From: Candidatus Altimarinota bacterium
GTDB taxonomy: Bacteria; Patescibacteriota; Gracilibacteria; JBDHUY01
Length of the DNA: 64,000 nucleotides
NCBI GenBank assembly: GCA_039809385.1
Contig: JBDHUY010000005.1
Span: 1 to 64,000, forward strand
Direction of reading: 5' to 3'
Position 1 is the first letter of the stretch, and each line of letters begins with the position of its first letter. The notes under the pieces are model-generated. The model was given only the letters and a program-made list of their open reading frames with translations, was not told the origin of the DNA and did no database searches. The position numbers and the translations under genes were made by a program. Of the stretch, positions 30,462-41,160 are shown one piece after another.

Positions 30462-33400
30462 ATGAGAAAAGCTTTTTCAAAAATCGCGCTTTTCGTCCTG
30501 CTGGTGACCCAATTTTTCGGGTTTGTGGGCGGATTGAGGGATTTTAATGTCTATATTCCGCAAGCCGAAGCAGCTACGGCCGGAACCTGTTCCGGCGGTG
30601 GTTCCACACTTACGATAACCGCACCGGCCGACGGTTCGGTACTATCCGGCGCGGTTGTTCCGGTGACATTTGCCAAGACTGCCTGTGCCGAAAATATCCG
30701 CGTGCAGTTTGCCAAAAGATCCGCTACAGGAAGTCCTACTTGTGCTGCCGTGAATAACGGAGATTATAATCTGGTTGCCAATGTGGCCGACCCGGGTACG
30801 GCAACTACGTGGAATACGACCGGCCTGCCTTATGGTACGGACTATTGTTTACGGGTATTTTCGCCTACGGGAGGCACCAGCGCGTATACTGCAGATTTGA
30901 CAGTCGACAATGAGGCTCCCCAGGTTGCTTTTACCGATCCTGCAAATGCAGCCACCGTCGGATCAAGCTTTATTATCTCGGTAGATACTTCCGGTTCCCC
31001 TCAACAGCTTACCCAGGATGCTACCGAATGTCGTTACTCGGAGACATCCGGATTTGCTTATGGTACCGGTACCGTTATGACCCAGAGCGGCACCAGCTTT
31101 TCAACCAGTCTGACAGGGGTGAGTAATGGAAGCCATACCTACTATGTGAAATGTATCGATGCGCAAAATAATACTTCCGACCAACAGTCGCGCACAGTAA
31201 CGGTTGATGCGGTCGCTCCGGCATCGGTTGGTATTACTACAGCCGATGTGACCGTGGATGCCGACGATTATGCTATTTCGGGGTATATTACCGCGGATAC
31301 AAGTACTGTGACTGTAGACGTTTTGAGTGGAACCACTGTGGTAAATTCGGTCAATGTACTGGCCGGTAATACAACCTGGTCTGTTGTAGTTCCTCTGGCA
31401 CAAAATTCGGCCAATACGTTTACGGCCCGGGCGACCGACCCCTATGGAAATTTTGTTCTTTCGACGGCTAATGGTACGGCAGCCGATCAGGACGTCGTTG
31501 TCACCGAAAGTACGGATGGAACTCCCCCCAACGCTCCGGTAATCACCACCGGTACTGCCACCGTTAATGCAGATTTTTATCGTATCGACGGTACGGTTAC
31601 GGCCGATGCCACGTCCGATCAGACCGTGACATTGTTCCGCGGTACCGATTCAGTCGGTACGACGATCGTTCCCGCAACTCAGACCGTATGGTCTCTCGTC
31701 GTCGCCCTGGATCAGAATACGACGAATGTATTTACCGCAACTTCCACGGATGAGTCTGGCAATACCAGTGCTGCCAGTACATCCGTTACCATTACCGAAG
31801 ATTCCAGTTTGGGCGTAGATACGACGCCTCCCGGTGATGTTTCCGTTACCACGGCCGATGCCACTGTCAGTGCCGGAACGTTTAATGTTTCGGGAACGGT
31901 TACGGTTGACCCCAATGACCTGGTAGTCCAGGTTTTGAACGGAACCACCGTCGTTGGAACGGTTATTGTAACCGCCGGTAACACGAACTGGTCTGCCACT
32001 GTACCTTTGACCAGTACCAGCACATTTACAGCCCGCGCTACCGATCCAAGCGGGAATTTTACTCTTTCGACTGCCAATGCAACTGTCGGTCTTCGCGACG
32101 TGGTTGCTACGGTAGATGGTTCCGGTCCCATGATTTCGGCTCTGACCTCCAGCGGTATTACCACGACTTCCGCCAATATTACCTGGACCACCGATGAAAG
32201 CGCTACCAGTCAGGTGGAATATGGAACGAGCGCTTCGTATGGACACATTACTGCTTCTGACGCTACTGCCGATCTTTTGAGTCACGGGGTAACAATTACC
32301 GGTCTGGAATGTGGTACTACCTATCATTTTCGAGCCATAAGTGCCGATGCTGAAGGAAATACTACTTTTTCCAGCGATTCTACTTTCACTACGCTGGCTT
32401 GTACCGCACCGAGTTTCGATTTTCTGCCAGGCGGCGGGACCCGGATTCAGGAAGACCGGGCCTATAATGCCGGTGTGCTTAACGGAGCTCGCTATACCAT
32501 CACGGGAGGTCCTGCCGGTACCAGCGATGCGGTTGATTTCTCTTTGAACGGTTCAAATTTTGCACCAGTAGACAATCCTACCAGTCTGGGACCGGTGAAT
32601 GATAATTTTACGCCCGTTACCGGTACCAATACCTATCAGTTACGACTAACCCGCACATTCGCCGATGCGCCCGACGAAGTCTATCTGTCGCAAGTAGTTA
32701 CGTTTTATGTCAATCCGTTGAATGCTCCGACCTTTACCTTTAATAGTGGAGCAGGTTTTGCAACTGACGGAGATGCTTTCCCATCCGGAACGATTACCGG
32801 AGCCAACTATACCATTACAGATGGTGCTACCGGGTCTAGTCAAGCCGACAGTGTCGAATACTCGCTGAACGGTTCGCCTTTTGCCGCTGTCGACTCTCCG
32901 GCTTCACTCGGACCGGTTACCGACGCTTTTACACCAGTTGATGGTGTCAATACCTATCAACTGCGTCTTACCCGTTCCTTTAGCGATGCGCCGACGCTGG
33001 TTTATTATTCCCAGACTCTGACGTTTTACATGAACCCGGCCGATGGTCCGGATTTTACGTTTACCGCACCGACTCCGGGACAAGTCATTCCGTTCCTGTC
33101 GTCTCCGACCGATGTCAGCTGGACCATCACAGGAGGACCGGCCGGAACCGACGAGGTTGAGTACTCGCTCAATGGTTCGACCTTTGCCGACGATGCAGAT
33201 GATCTGAGCCCTACTCCGATAGCTCCGATCGTGGGAGTCAATAGCTTTCAGTTAAAAGTCACCCGTACCCTTACGTCCAACGGACTTCAACAAGTCTACT
33301 ATTCTCAGACCCTGCTCTTTACGGTCGAACCTCCTATCGATGTCACTCCGCCTGCCGGCCTGACTGTGACCAACCCGGCTACGAATATTAATGTCAATGC

Positions 33401-36400
33401 CGAGGTCTATCTGGTGCAGGGTACGATCACCGCCGATACCGATAATGTCATTATCCGTCTCTATAGCGACAACGATGATAATGGCTCTATCGATGGTGCC
33501 GATGAAGTTGAGTCCACGGTGATCGTCTATGCCGGTCAGACCAACTGGGGCATTATCGCACCTTTGACGAGTAATTTCGCCAATAATTTTACCGTAACTG
33601 CGGAAGATGCCAGCGGCAATGAGAGTGCTCCGGTGAATGTAAACACGATTAATGAAGTTGACGGTCCGGTTGTGGTGATTACCGCCCCGACTCCGGGAAA
33701 TCCCGCAGTGAGTGGCACGGTTCCGGTAACATTTACGACGAATGGCGGCGCAACCACGGCTGCTGAAATTTCGATTGACGGCGCACCGTTTACTACAACC
33801 GGCGTAACTGACGGAAATCCTGGAACATTTAGTTGGGATACCACACCGTTGCCCAACGGCACTCATACGCTCCAGGTGCGTGATACGGTCAACGGCGTTC
33901 AGGGATATTCTCTGATCGTAGCGGTGGTCGTGAATAACGACAATGTGGCTGTTCCGGTCATAACTTCGCCGACTGCCGGCGCATCGATTGCTCAAAACGG
34001 TACCAACGATACGCCTGTAACATTCACTGTTTCCAACGGTCCGTCTCTGACCGACGAAATCAGCCTCAATGGCTCTGCCTGGGCTGCTTTTACCAGTGGT
34101 TCCAACCTTGGTCCGCTTCAGATTGGTGCCAATACCATCCAGATGCGTTCCAGCAAGACCGTCGGTGGGATCACCCTCTATGGGTATTCCGAAGTCCTGA
34201 CTGTTTACTATGCTGATCAGGATGCCCCTCCGGTACCGGTTATTACTACTCAGGATGCAACGGTTGATGCAGACTTTATTACAATTACCGGTACTGCAGG
34301 TCCCGATACTCCAGTTAATTCGATCCGTACGATTAAAGTAATTCGCCAAGCTCCTGGAACAAATACCGTTGTTGGCACCGCCCAGCTGCGTGCTACGGGT
34401 GGTGGTGCTGGTACGAATTGGTCGGTGGTTGTCCCTTTGATTCCCAACAGTGCCAATCATTTTGTGGCTCGCTCCGTAGATGAGGCTGGCAATGAAAGTG
34501 CTGTTAGCAGTCCCGATTTGGTGATTACCGAACAGGATTTGAATGTCTTTAGCTTTACCAATCCGACTCCCGGTGCGGCTCTGAACGATCCGGTCGGAAC
34601 AACAGATGCAACCTGGAATATTACGATTCCCAACAACTTTGCCGTTGACGATCAGGTTGAGTTCTCCCTGAACGGTTCCGATTGGGCTGACACTGATACC
34701 AACACGAGTGAAGACGATTTGAATACGGTTATTGGTACGAATACCTTACAGCTGCGTGCTACCCTGACAGATGGCAGTTCTACCATTACTGCTTACTCGC
34801 AAGTGCTCACTTTCTATATCAATCCTGAAAATGCTCCCAATGTAAGTTTCGTCAATCCGTCGCCAAACGAAGTGTTTGTTTCGACCGACGATATTGATGC
34901 ATCTTGGACGTTCAGCGCAGCTCCGACCGGCTACACCCAGGGTACGGTTGAGTACTCGTTAAATGGTTCCGACTGGGCAGCGACGACAACTGCGACCACA
35001 CAAGACGATCTGGATGATGCCGACAATGAAGGTACGAACACCTTCCAGATCCGGGCGGCGTATTCCAGTCTGAGCGGCCCCAGTTTTACCGTATATTCTC
35101 AGGTACTGACGTATTATGTGAACCTGCCGATTGCTCCGACGGTGAGCTTCATCAATCCAAGCGCCGGAGAAGTATTCCTCACGAGTGACGATATCGATGC
35201 CTCTTGGACGTTCAGCGCAGCGCCGGCCGGTTACACCCAGGGAACGGTTGAGTACTCGTTAAACGGTTCCGACTGGGCAGCTGCCACGTCTGCCACGACC
35301 CAGGACGACTTGGACGATATTGATATTGTCGGAACGAATACGTTCCAGATTCGCGCTGCGTACGCCAGTCCGGATGGTCCTGACTTTACCGTCTATTCTC
35401 AGGTTCTTAATTACTATGTGAATCCCGAGAATGCTCCGACGGTCTCCTTTGTCAACCCGTCTCCGAATGAAGTATTTGCTTCAACGGATGATATCGATGC
35501 GAGCTGGACGTTCAGCGCGGCTCCGACCGGTTACACCCAGGGTACGGTTGAGTACTCGCTAAACGGTTCCGACTGGGCAGCCACCACATCCGCTACTACT
35601 CAAGATGACTTGGACGATGCCGATAACGAAGGTACCAATACCTTCCAAATCCGGGCATTCTACACCAGTCCTTCGGGACCGAGCTTGACGACCTATTCGC
35701 AGGTGTTGACCTATTATGTGAACTTACCGATTGCACCTACCGTTACCTTTACGTCTCCTACCCCCGGACAGGTTTTCAGCAATGCCACTGCTTTCAATGG
35801 CGGCTGGACGTTTAGCGCAGCTCCTGCCGGCTATACGCAAGGGGCAGTCGAATACTCGTTGAACGGCTCGGACTGGGCAACTACCACTTCTGCCACCACC
35901 CTTACCGGCTTAAGCGGTCTCGATATTGTGGGAACGAATACTTTCCAGATCCGCGCTCCTTATACAAGTCCCGATGGTCCCGACTTTACGGTTTACTCGC
36001 AAGTATTGACCTATTACGTCAATCAGGCGAATGGTCCAAGCTTTGTTTTCTTCCCTGGCCCAGGTTTAAATCGCGCTTTCCCGGGACAGTCGTATCCGGA
36101 AGGATTCCTCGTCGGTACCCGCTATGCTATTACCGGCGGACCGACCGGAGCTACCAATACAGTAGCTTTCTCGCTCAACGGACTGCCTTTCCTGCCGGTT
36201 GACAGCCCTGCTTCGCTCGGAACCCTTGTTACTCCGACCAATGACAACTTTGGTATCTTGACGCCAAGCCGTGGTACCAATACCTATCAGCTCCGTGTTA
36301 CCCGCACATTCAACGATGCGCCGACCGAGGTATATTACGGTCCGGTCAACACCTTCTATGTCAATCCTGCCGACGGACCTGTTTTTACCTTTATTGGTAA

Positions 36401-39257
36401 TGAAAATACTAACAGTCCCGCCCCTGGATTTGCCTATCCTCTGGGACAGATCGTTCAGGTCGATTACGATATTGCCGGCGGGCCGACCGGGTCTCTCTTG
36501 ACGGGCAACAGTGTCGAATTCTCACTCAATGGTTCTCCATTTGCTTTGACCAGCTCTCCGAATTCTTTAGCGGCACAGCAATTGATCACTCCAGTCTTGG
36601 GAACCAACACCTTCCAGTTGAAAGTGACTCGTACCTTCAACGATGCGCCGACACAGGTCTACTATTCCCAAGTACTGAACTTCTTTGTCAATCCGGCTAA
36701 TTCGGCCGATGTGACCTTTACCAGTCCTACGGCCGGTCAGGTTTTCACCGCCAATGACAACTACAACGGTACCGGTTCTTTCATCAATGTTCCGCTGAAC
36801 TATAACCTGAACGTTAACTCCGTTCAGTACTCGCTGAACGGAGCTGATTGGGGTAATGTGAACCTTAATGTCAACGGACTGGATTTCACGATTGACGGAC
36901 TGGATGATATGGATCTGTTCGAGACCAATACCCTACAGGTACGCGGAACATTTACCAGCAGCGGCGGGCCCGATCAGGTTGTCGTCTCTCAGGTTCTCAA
37001 TTATTTCGTGAACGCTCCCGGAGCCCCGACAGTCGATTTTACCAGTCCGCTCCCGGGTTCGGTTCTCAATGAGAACGACAATTACAATGGGACCTGGACG
37101 TTCAGCGATACCCCGGCCAACTATAATCTGAACGCCTCCTCGGTCGAATATAGTGTTAATGGTTCCGCCTGGGCTCCAACGACCGGTACCAATAACCTCG
37201 ATGATCTCGACGATCTCGATACGATCGGCGATAATACCTTCCAGATCAGAGCGCTCTATCAGAGTGCTTCCGGTCCCGATCTCTACGTCTACTCGCAGGT
37301 TTTGCGGTACTTCGTCAATGTGGAAGGCGTCGCCGATGTGGAATTCACCGATCCGACTCCGGGCGAAGTATTTGCCGCCGCCGATGTATACAACGGCAAT
37401 GGAAACTTCAACATCATTTCCGCTAACTACAATCTGAACGCTTCCTCGGTCCAGTTCAGTCTCAACGGTTCTGCCTTTACCTCTGCCGGGATTGCAGTTG
37501 TCGGTAATACTTTTGAGATCAGCGGACTGTCGGCTCTGGACAACTTTGGAACAAATACCGTTCAAGTTCGCGGAACCTTGACCAGTAGTGTCGGTCCGAA
37601 TGTTACTATCTACTCTCCGGTTCTGACTTACTTTGTCAACTCTCCGAACGCTCCTACGGTTACGTTTACCACCCCAATTGCCGGCCAGTCATTTGCCTTT
37701 ACCAGCAACTTCAACGGTCAGTGGACGATTAACGGTATTCCGGGCGGCTATACCCTGAATACCGATACGGTCGAGTACAGTCTGAACGGTTCGGATTTTG
37801 CGCTCGCTACTTCCAATACGACCCTGGCAGGTTTACGCGGACTGAGTATTATCGGTCACAATACCTTCCAGGTACGCGGCGTGCTACACAGTGCTACCGG
37901 TCCCGATATCCTGTTTGCTTCTCAGGTGCTTAACTACTATGTTAATCCGCCCAACGCACCTATCGTTGTGATCACGAATCCGGCTCCGAGCTCTACTGTC
38001 AACGGCAACATCAACGGAACCTTTACGACCACCAACACAACCAATACCAACAGTGCCGAAATCTCGTTGGATGGAGAGCCCTTCGTCGCAGCAGGATTTG
38101 TGCCCTATAATCTGGCCAATACCGGCGGAAATGGAACCTTTGTTCTGGATACCACATCTCTGTTTAATGGAACACATACGCTGCAGGTCTGCGATACCGA
38201 AAACGGTGTGCGCGGTTGTTCCAACATTATAGCTTTCAAAGTCGACAACGATACCGAAGGTCCCGAGTTTGTCTTCTCTATTCCGGTTACCGGAGCTGTA
38301 CAGCTTTCGGTTCTGGCCGGTAATGTAACGGTTACCTATGACGAGCCTATCGCGATTGCCAATCAGGCCGCCATTACCATCGACGAAGTCGGTGGTGGCA
38401 GCGTCAAGAACGGAAACGCCACGGCACTTGGTAATGTGCTGACGATCCCTTATAACGCGCTCGATTACGGTACTTCTTATGTGGTCACCATTCCAACCGG
38501 AGCTATTCAGGATTTAGTCGGAAACGATGCTGCCCAGGTACAGATCTTCTTCACCACCCAATTGGGCACTGCTCCCGATATTACCGGATTGAGCGTTACG
38601 AACATCAATACCAACTCGGCGGTACTAAACTGGTCGACCGATATCACTCCGGATGCGGGTATGTATCGCGTTTCAACCATAGCCTACGGCGGCACCTGGA
38701 CTCCTCTTACCATCGGCGGCAATAGCGGTACCCAATCTGTTACCAGTCTCGCTCCCAATACGGTCTACTTCTACCAATTCCAGTTTACGAACCAAGGTGC
38801 TACGGTGTTTTCATCGCCCCTGACCTTTACAACCTCGGTAACCAATACCGGAATTGGTGTCGATCTCATCCAGATGACCAAGACCTTTGCGATTGCCGAC
38901 AACACGTATGCCAACGGCTGGTCCTGGAGGTTCAATGTAACGGTATTTGATCCGTCCGAAACTATGCTCAAGATGAAATTCGCTCAGTGGCTGAGCGGGG
39001 TCAATACCCTCGATGCCGCGAACAATATGCGCTACGGTCTCGATCTGAATAATAACGGTGTTCTCGACGGCGGCGACACGATCGTCAATATTACCGCCAA
39101 TGCGGCTTATCCGGCTACCCCGATCAATATCAGTGCGATCGATAATAATCCGCTGGTCGGCGGTCGCCAGGTCAGCATTCTGGTTGAAATGAAAGTTCCT
39201 GCTACAACTCCCGGCGGTTCGTACTCCACCAGCTATGGCATTCAGACTACCCCATAA
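30462..39257 (+). CDS. Giant (~2930 aa) secreted Ig/FN3-repeat surface protein
   Basis: Signal-like MRKAFSKIALFVLL...QAEA; Ig-like repeats (ATD.GN), FN3-like TTSANITWTTDE, about 15-17 copies of a ~100-aa S(L/I)(N/D)G...GTNT(F/Y)Q...YSQVL unit; no SLH or C-terminal TM segment. Confidence 0.88.
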   Translation: MRKAFSKIALFVLLVTQFFGFVGGLRDFNVYIPQAEAATAGTCSGGGSTLTITAPADGSVLSGAVVPVTFAKTACAENIRVQFAKRSATGSPTCAAVNNGDYNLVANVADPGTATTWNTTGLPYGTDYCLRVFSPTGGTSAYTADLTVDNEAPQVAFTDPANAATVGSSFIISVDTSGSPQQLTQDATECRYSETSGFAYGTGTVMTQSGTSFSTSLTGVSNGSHTYYVKCIDAQNNTSDQQSRTVTVDAVAPASVGITTADVTVDADDYAISGYITADTSTVTVDVLSGTTVVNSVNVLAGNTTWSVVVPLAQNSANTFTARATDPYGNFVLSTANGTAADQDVVVTESTDGTPPNAPVITTGTATVNADFYRIDGTVTADATSDQTVTLFRGTDSVGTTIVPATQTVWSLVVALDQNTTNVFTATSTDESGNTSAASTSVTITEDSSLGVDTTPPGDVSVTTADATVSAGTFNVSGTVTVDPNDLVVQVLNGTTVVGTVIVTAGNTNWSATVPLTSTSTFTARATDPSGNFTLSTANATVGLRDVVATVDGSGPMISALTSSGITTTSANITWTTDESATSQVEYGTSASYGHITASDATADLLSHGVTITGLECGTTYHFRAISADAEGNTTFSSDSTFTTLACTAPSFDFLPGGGTRIQEDRAYNAGVLNGARYTITGGPAGTSDAVDFSLNGSNFAPVDNPTSLGPVNDNFTPVTGTNTYQLRLTRTFADAPDEVYLSQVVTFYVNPLNAPTFTFNSGAGFATDGDAFPSGTITGANYTITDGATGSSQADSVEYSLNGSPFAAVDSPASLGPVTDAFTPVDGVNTYQLRLTRSFSDAPTLVYYSQTLTFYMNPADGPDFTFTAPTPGQVIPFLSSPTDVSWTITGGPAGTDEVEYSLNGSTFADDADDLSPTPIAPIVGVNSFQLKVTRTLTSNGLQQVYYSQTLLFTVEPPIDVTPPAGLTVTNPATNINVNAEVYLVQGTITADTDNVIIRLYSDNDDNGSIDGADEVESTVIVYAGQTNWGIIAPLTSNFANNFTVTAEDASGNESAPVNVNTINEVDGPVVVITAPTPGNPAVSGTVPVTFTTNGGATTAAEISIDGAPFTTTGVTDGNPGTFSWDTTPLPNGTHTLQVRDTVNGVQGYSLIVAVVVNNDNVAVPVITSPTAGASIAQNGTNDTPVTFTVSNGPSLTDEISLNGSAWAAFTSGSNLGPLQIGANTIQMRSSKTVGGITLYGYSEVLTVYYADQDAPPVPVITTQDATVDADFITITGTAGPDTPVNSIRTIKVIRQAPGTNTVVGTAQLRATGGGAGTNWSVVVPLIPNSANHFVARSVDEAGNESAVSSPDLVITEQDLNVFSFTNPTPGAALNDPVGTTDATWNITIPNNFAVDDQVEFSLNGSDWADTDTNTSEDDLNTVIGTNTLQLRATLTDGSSTITAYSQVLTFYINPENAPNVSFVNPSPNEVFVSTDDIDASWTFSAAPTGYTQGTVEYSLNGSDWAATTTATTQDDLDDADNEGTNTFQIRAAYSSLSGPSFTVYSQVLTYYVNLPIAPTVSFINPSAGEVFLTSDDIDASWTFSAAPAGYTQGTVEYSLNGSDWAAATSATTQDDLDDIDIVGTNTFQIRAAYASPDGPDFTVYSQVLNYYVNPENAPTVSFVNPSPNEVFASTDDIDASWTFSAAPTGYTQGTVEYSLNGSDWAATTSATTQDDLDDADNEGTNTFQIRAFYTSPSGPSLTTYSQVLTYYVNLPIAPTVTFTSPTPGQVFSNATAFNGGWTFSAAPAGYTQGAVEYSLNGSDWATTTSATTLTGLSGLDIVGTNTFQIRAPYTSPDGPDFTVYSQVLTYYVNQANGPSFVFFPGPGLNRAFPGQSYPEGFLVGTRYAITGGPTGATNTVAFSLNGLPFLPVDSPASLGTLVTPTNDNFGILTPSRGTNTYQLRVTRTFNDAPTEVYYGPVNTFYVNPADGPVFTFIGNENTNSPAPGFAYPLGQIVQVDYDIAGGPTGSLLTGNSVEFSLNGSPFALTSSPNSLAAQQLITPVLGTNTFQLKVTRTFNDAPTQVYYSQVLNFFVNPANSADVTFTSPTAGQVFTANDNYNGTGSFINVPLNYNLNVNSVQYSLNGADWGNVNLNVNGLDFTIDGLDDMDLFETNTLQVRGTFTSSGGPDQVVVSQVLNYFVNAPGAPTVDFTSPLPGSVLNENDNYNGTWTFSDTPANYNLNASSVEYSVNGSAWAPTTGTNNLDDLDDLDTIGDNTFQIRALYQSASGPDLYVYSQVLRYFVNVEGVADVEFTDPTPGEVFAAADVYNGNGNFNIISANYNLNASSVQFSLNGSAFTSAGIAVVGNTFEISGLSALDNFGTNTVQVRGTLTSSVGPNVTIYSPVLTYFVNSPNAPTVTFTTPIAGQSFAFTSNFNGQWTINGIPGGYTLNTDTVEYSLNGSDFALATSNTTLAGLRGLSIIGHNTFQVRGVLHSATGPDILFASQVLNYYVNPPNAPIVVITNPAPSSTVNGNINGTFTTTNTTNTNSAEISLDGEPFVAAGFVPYNLANTGGNGTFVLDTTSLFNGTHTLQVCDTENGVRGCSNIIAFKVDNDTEGPEFVFSIPVTGAVQLSVLAGNVTVTYDEPIAIANQAAITIDEVGGGSVKNGNATALGNVLTIPYNALDYGTSYVVTIPTGAIQDLVGNDAAQVQIFFTTQLGTAPDITGLSVTNINTNSAVLNWSTDITPDAGMYRVSTIAYGGTWTPLTIGGNSGTQSVTSLAPNTVYFYQFQFTNQGATVFSSPLTFTTSVTNTGIGVDLIQMTKTFAIADNTYANGWSWRFNVTVFDPSETMLKMKFAQWLSGVNTLDAANNMRYGLDLNNNGVLDGGDTIVNITANAAYPATPINISAIDNNPLVGGRQVSILVEMKVPATTPGGSYSTSYGIQTTP
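34821..36020 (+). repeat. Four intragenic tandem repeats of exactly 300 bp (ABAB)
   Basis: Units start at 34821, 35121, 35421, 35721; shared core TGGACGTTYAGCGCRGC.CC.RCCGGYTAYAC.CARGG. Confidence 0.9.
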
Positions 39258-39268
39258 GGATTCTTTCT

Positions 39269-39303
39269 AAACCGGGCCGGTAATAAGCTGACCGGTCCGG
39301 TTT
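39269..39303 (+). terminator. Strong hairpin between the giant gene and the next SLH gene (terminator or stabiliser)
   Basis: AAACCGGGCCGGT...ACCGGTCCGGTTT; only a short U-tail. Confidence 0.5.
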
Positions 39304-39340
39304 GCCCTCACACTTTACTTCTTTGTCGCTCCAACAGTTT

Positions 39341-40786
39341 ATGACACAATCCAGAAAAATATGGGGGCTATGGGGCTTGATGATGTTGCTCTTTGCAATA
39401 TTTTTGCCAAGCATCCAGGCCTCCGAACAGAACGGAACTATCGATACCGGTATCGGTACCGGTATTACCGGTACGGTTGTAGCTGCACCGACTTTTTCTC
39501 CGACACCCGGCTCTTTTTCTTCACCGATTGGCGTGACGATGACAGCTGCCGGTTCTGCGGCTATTTGTTATCGTATCGACGGCACCGATCCTACCTGTAG
39601 CACCACTACAGCCAGTGCTTGCGGCGCCGGATCTACACTCTTTACCGGCCCCGTGACGATTACCAACACAACTACATTTCGGGCTCGTTCGTGCTATGTT
39701 GGTAATTTGAATACGCCCATTGTTTCCTCGCCCGTTTCGACCGCAACCTATACCCGTGCTGCCAGTGGTAGTAGTGGGGGAGGTGGCGGAGGGGGTGGTG
39801 GAGGTGGCGGCGGAGGACCCAGCGCCACCGAAGTCTCGATTGTTGCCAAGGAACCTGCTCCCCTAGCCGGAGATAAACCCCGCGATCAGCGGATTGTTTG
39901 CCGTGCCATGGATAACCAAGCTTCAAATCCCGGTCTGGTGAAAGATACCGCGATCATGACGATAAACGGCCAGACCGTGACTCCGACTCTGGTGGTAGTC
40001 CAAAACGGGGGAAATTCAAACGCTAACGGAATTCTCCATTCTATCAAAGTTCTGGATATGATCTATGAGCCGGGATCAAATCTATTGCCCGGCGGAAGTC
40101 TGATTTCTGTCTATTGCGAAATTAAAACCGCCAACGATAAAAAAGGTGCCGTTACCTTTCAATTTACTACCGGCGGGGCTGTGAGTGGACAGCAAAACGG
40201 TAATACGAACGGCGGTGGAGGAGTCGGCGGTGAAACATTTAATGATACTACCGGACATTTTGCCGAAGATTATATCGAAGAGTTGTATAAACAGTGTGGC
40301 GTATTAGGGTATAAAGATTTGGATGGAAATCTTTTGCATGAATATCGGCCCAATAATTCAATCTCGCGTGCCGAGTTTGTAAAAATGGTCGTCGGCTGCC
40401 GTCCATGTGCCGTAGGAGAGACTGACGGCGTGGCTTCGTTTCCAGACGTTCCCTCGACTCACTGGGCTTACGATTCAGTGATATGTGCCAAAAAACGGGG
40501 TATCGTGGAGGGATTTAAAGATGGTACCTTCCGCCCTGACCAGTTCATCACTCGTGCCGAAGCGACCAAAGTATTGGAGTACTTCAAAGGATTCACCGAG
40601 CTTTTGATCGCAGTTAATATTTTCTCGGACGTGAATTCCGGCGACTGGTTTTACGGAATCATTCTCCATGCCTTGGCCCAGGCGCACGTGAAGGGATATC
40701 CCGACGGTACTTTCCGGCCCAACCGCAATGTAACTCGCGGAGAAACGGCCGTTTTGATTGGAAGAATCTTGCTGGGATTGCCCTAG
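39341..40786 (+). CDS. Secreted SLH protein with chitobiase/beta-hexosaminidase C-terminal-like (Fn3-associated) domain
   Basis: Signal peptide (IQA), APTFSPTPGSF...ICYRIDGTDP, poly-Gly, SLH motifs YRPNNSISRAE, GFKDGTFRPDQFITRAE, GYPDGTFRPNRNVTRGE. Confidence 0.88.
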   Translation: MTQSRKIWGLWGLMMLLFAIFLPSIQASEQNGTIDTGIGTGITGTVVAAPTFSPTPGSFSSPIGVTMTAAGSAAICYRIDGTDPTCSTTTASACGAGSTLFTGPVTITNTTTFRARSCYVGNLNTPIVSSPVSTATYTRAASGSSGGGGGGGGGGGGGGPSATEVSIVAKEPAPLAGDKPRDQRIVCRAMDNQASNPGLVKDTAIMTINGQTVTPTLVVVQNGGNSNANGILHSIKVLDMIYEPGSNLLPGGSLISVYCEIKTANDKKGAVTFQFTTGGAVSGQQNGNTNGGGGVGGETFNDTTGHFAEDYIEELYKQCGVLGYKDLDGNLLHEYRPNNSISRAEFVKMVVGCRPCAVGETDGVASFPDVPSTHWAYDSVICAKKRGIVEGFKDGTFRPDQFITRAEATKVLEYFKGFTELLIAVNIFSDVNSGDWFYGIILHALAQAHVKGYPDGTFRPNRNVTRGETAVLIGRILLGLP

Positions 40787-40817
40787 TACGGAACTTTTCT
40801 TTTATAGTACTCTTTCC

Positions 40818-40845
40818 AAAAAGACCCGCCGCGGCGGGTCTTTTT
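40818..40845. terminator. Perfect 28-bp palindromic terminator with CCGCCGCGGCGG core
   Basis: AAAAAGACCCGCCG|CGGCGGGTCTTTTT. Confidence 0.8.
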
Positions 40846-41160
40846 GTGTATACATTTTCTTGAAACAAAATTAGTTGAAAAGCGTTTAACAGGTGTTGTT
40901 GCCGTTCGATATGTAAATCAAACTTTACACTTTTCTCAAGCCAAAAATAGCTTGCGTGGAACCGGATTTTTGCTACAGTAATCTCTAGTCTTTGGCACGA
41001 TAGAAACTATACTCTGCTAACTTGAAACATCAGCATGGTTGAGGCCGACAGTAATTTTTTAGTTCTTTCCTTTTTATTTTCACCAAAAAGAAAATAGGCT
41101 GTGTCTATTTCTTTTTATACGATCTTTTTATTTTTTTATTTCATTATTTTTTCATCTTGT

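Noticed and set aside
34821-36020. CRISPR array or DGR template/variable repeat pair
   Set aside because: The repeats are 300-bp in-frame domains with mostly synonymous, not adenine-specific, differences; there are no spacers, cas genes or reverse transcriptase.
31101-38971. Long antisense ORFs within the giant gene (e.g. 33252-34460)
   Set aside because: Expected shadows of biased codon usage in a Thr/Gly/Asn-rich gene; no independent motifs.
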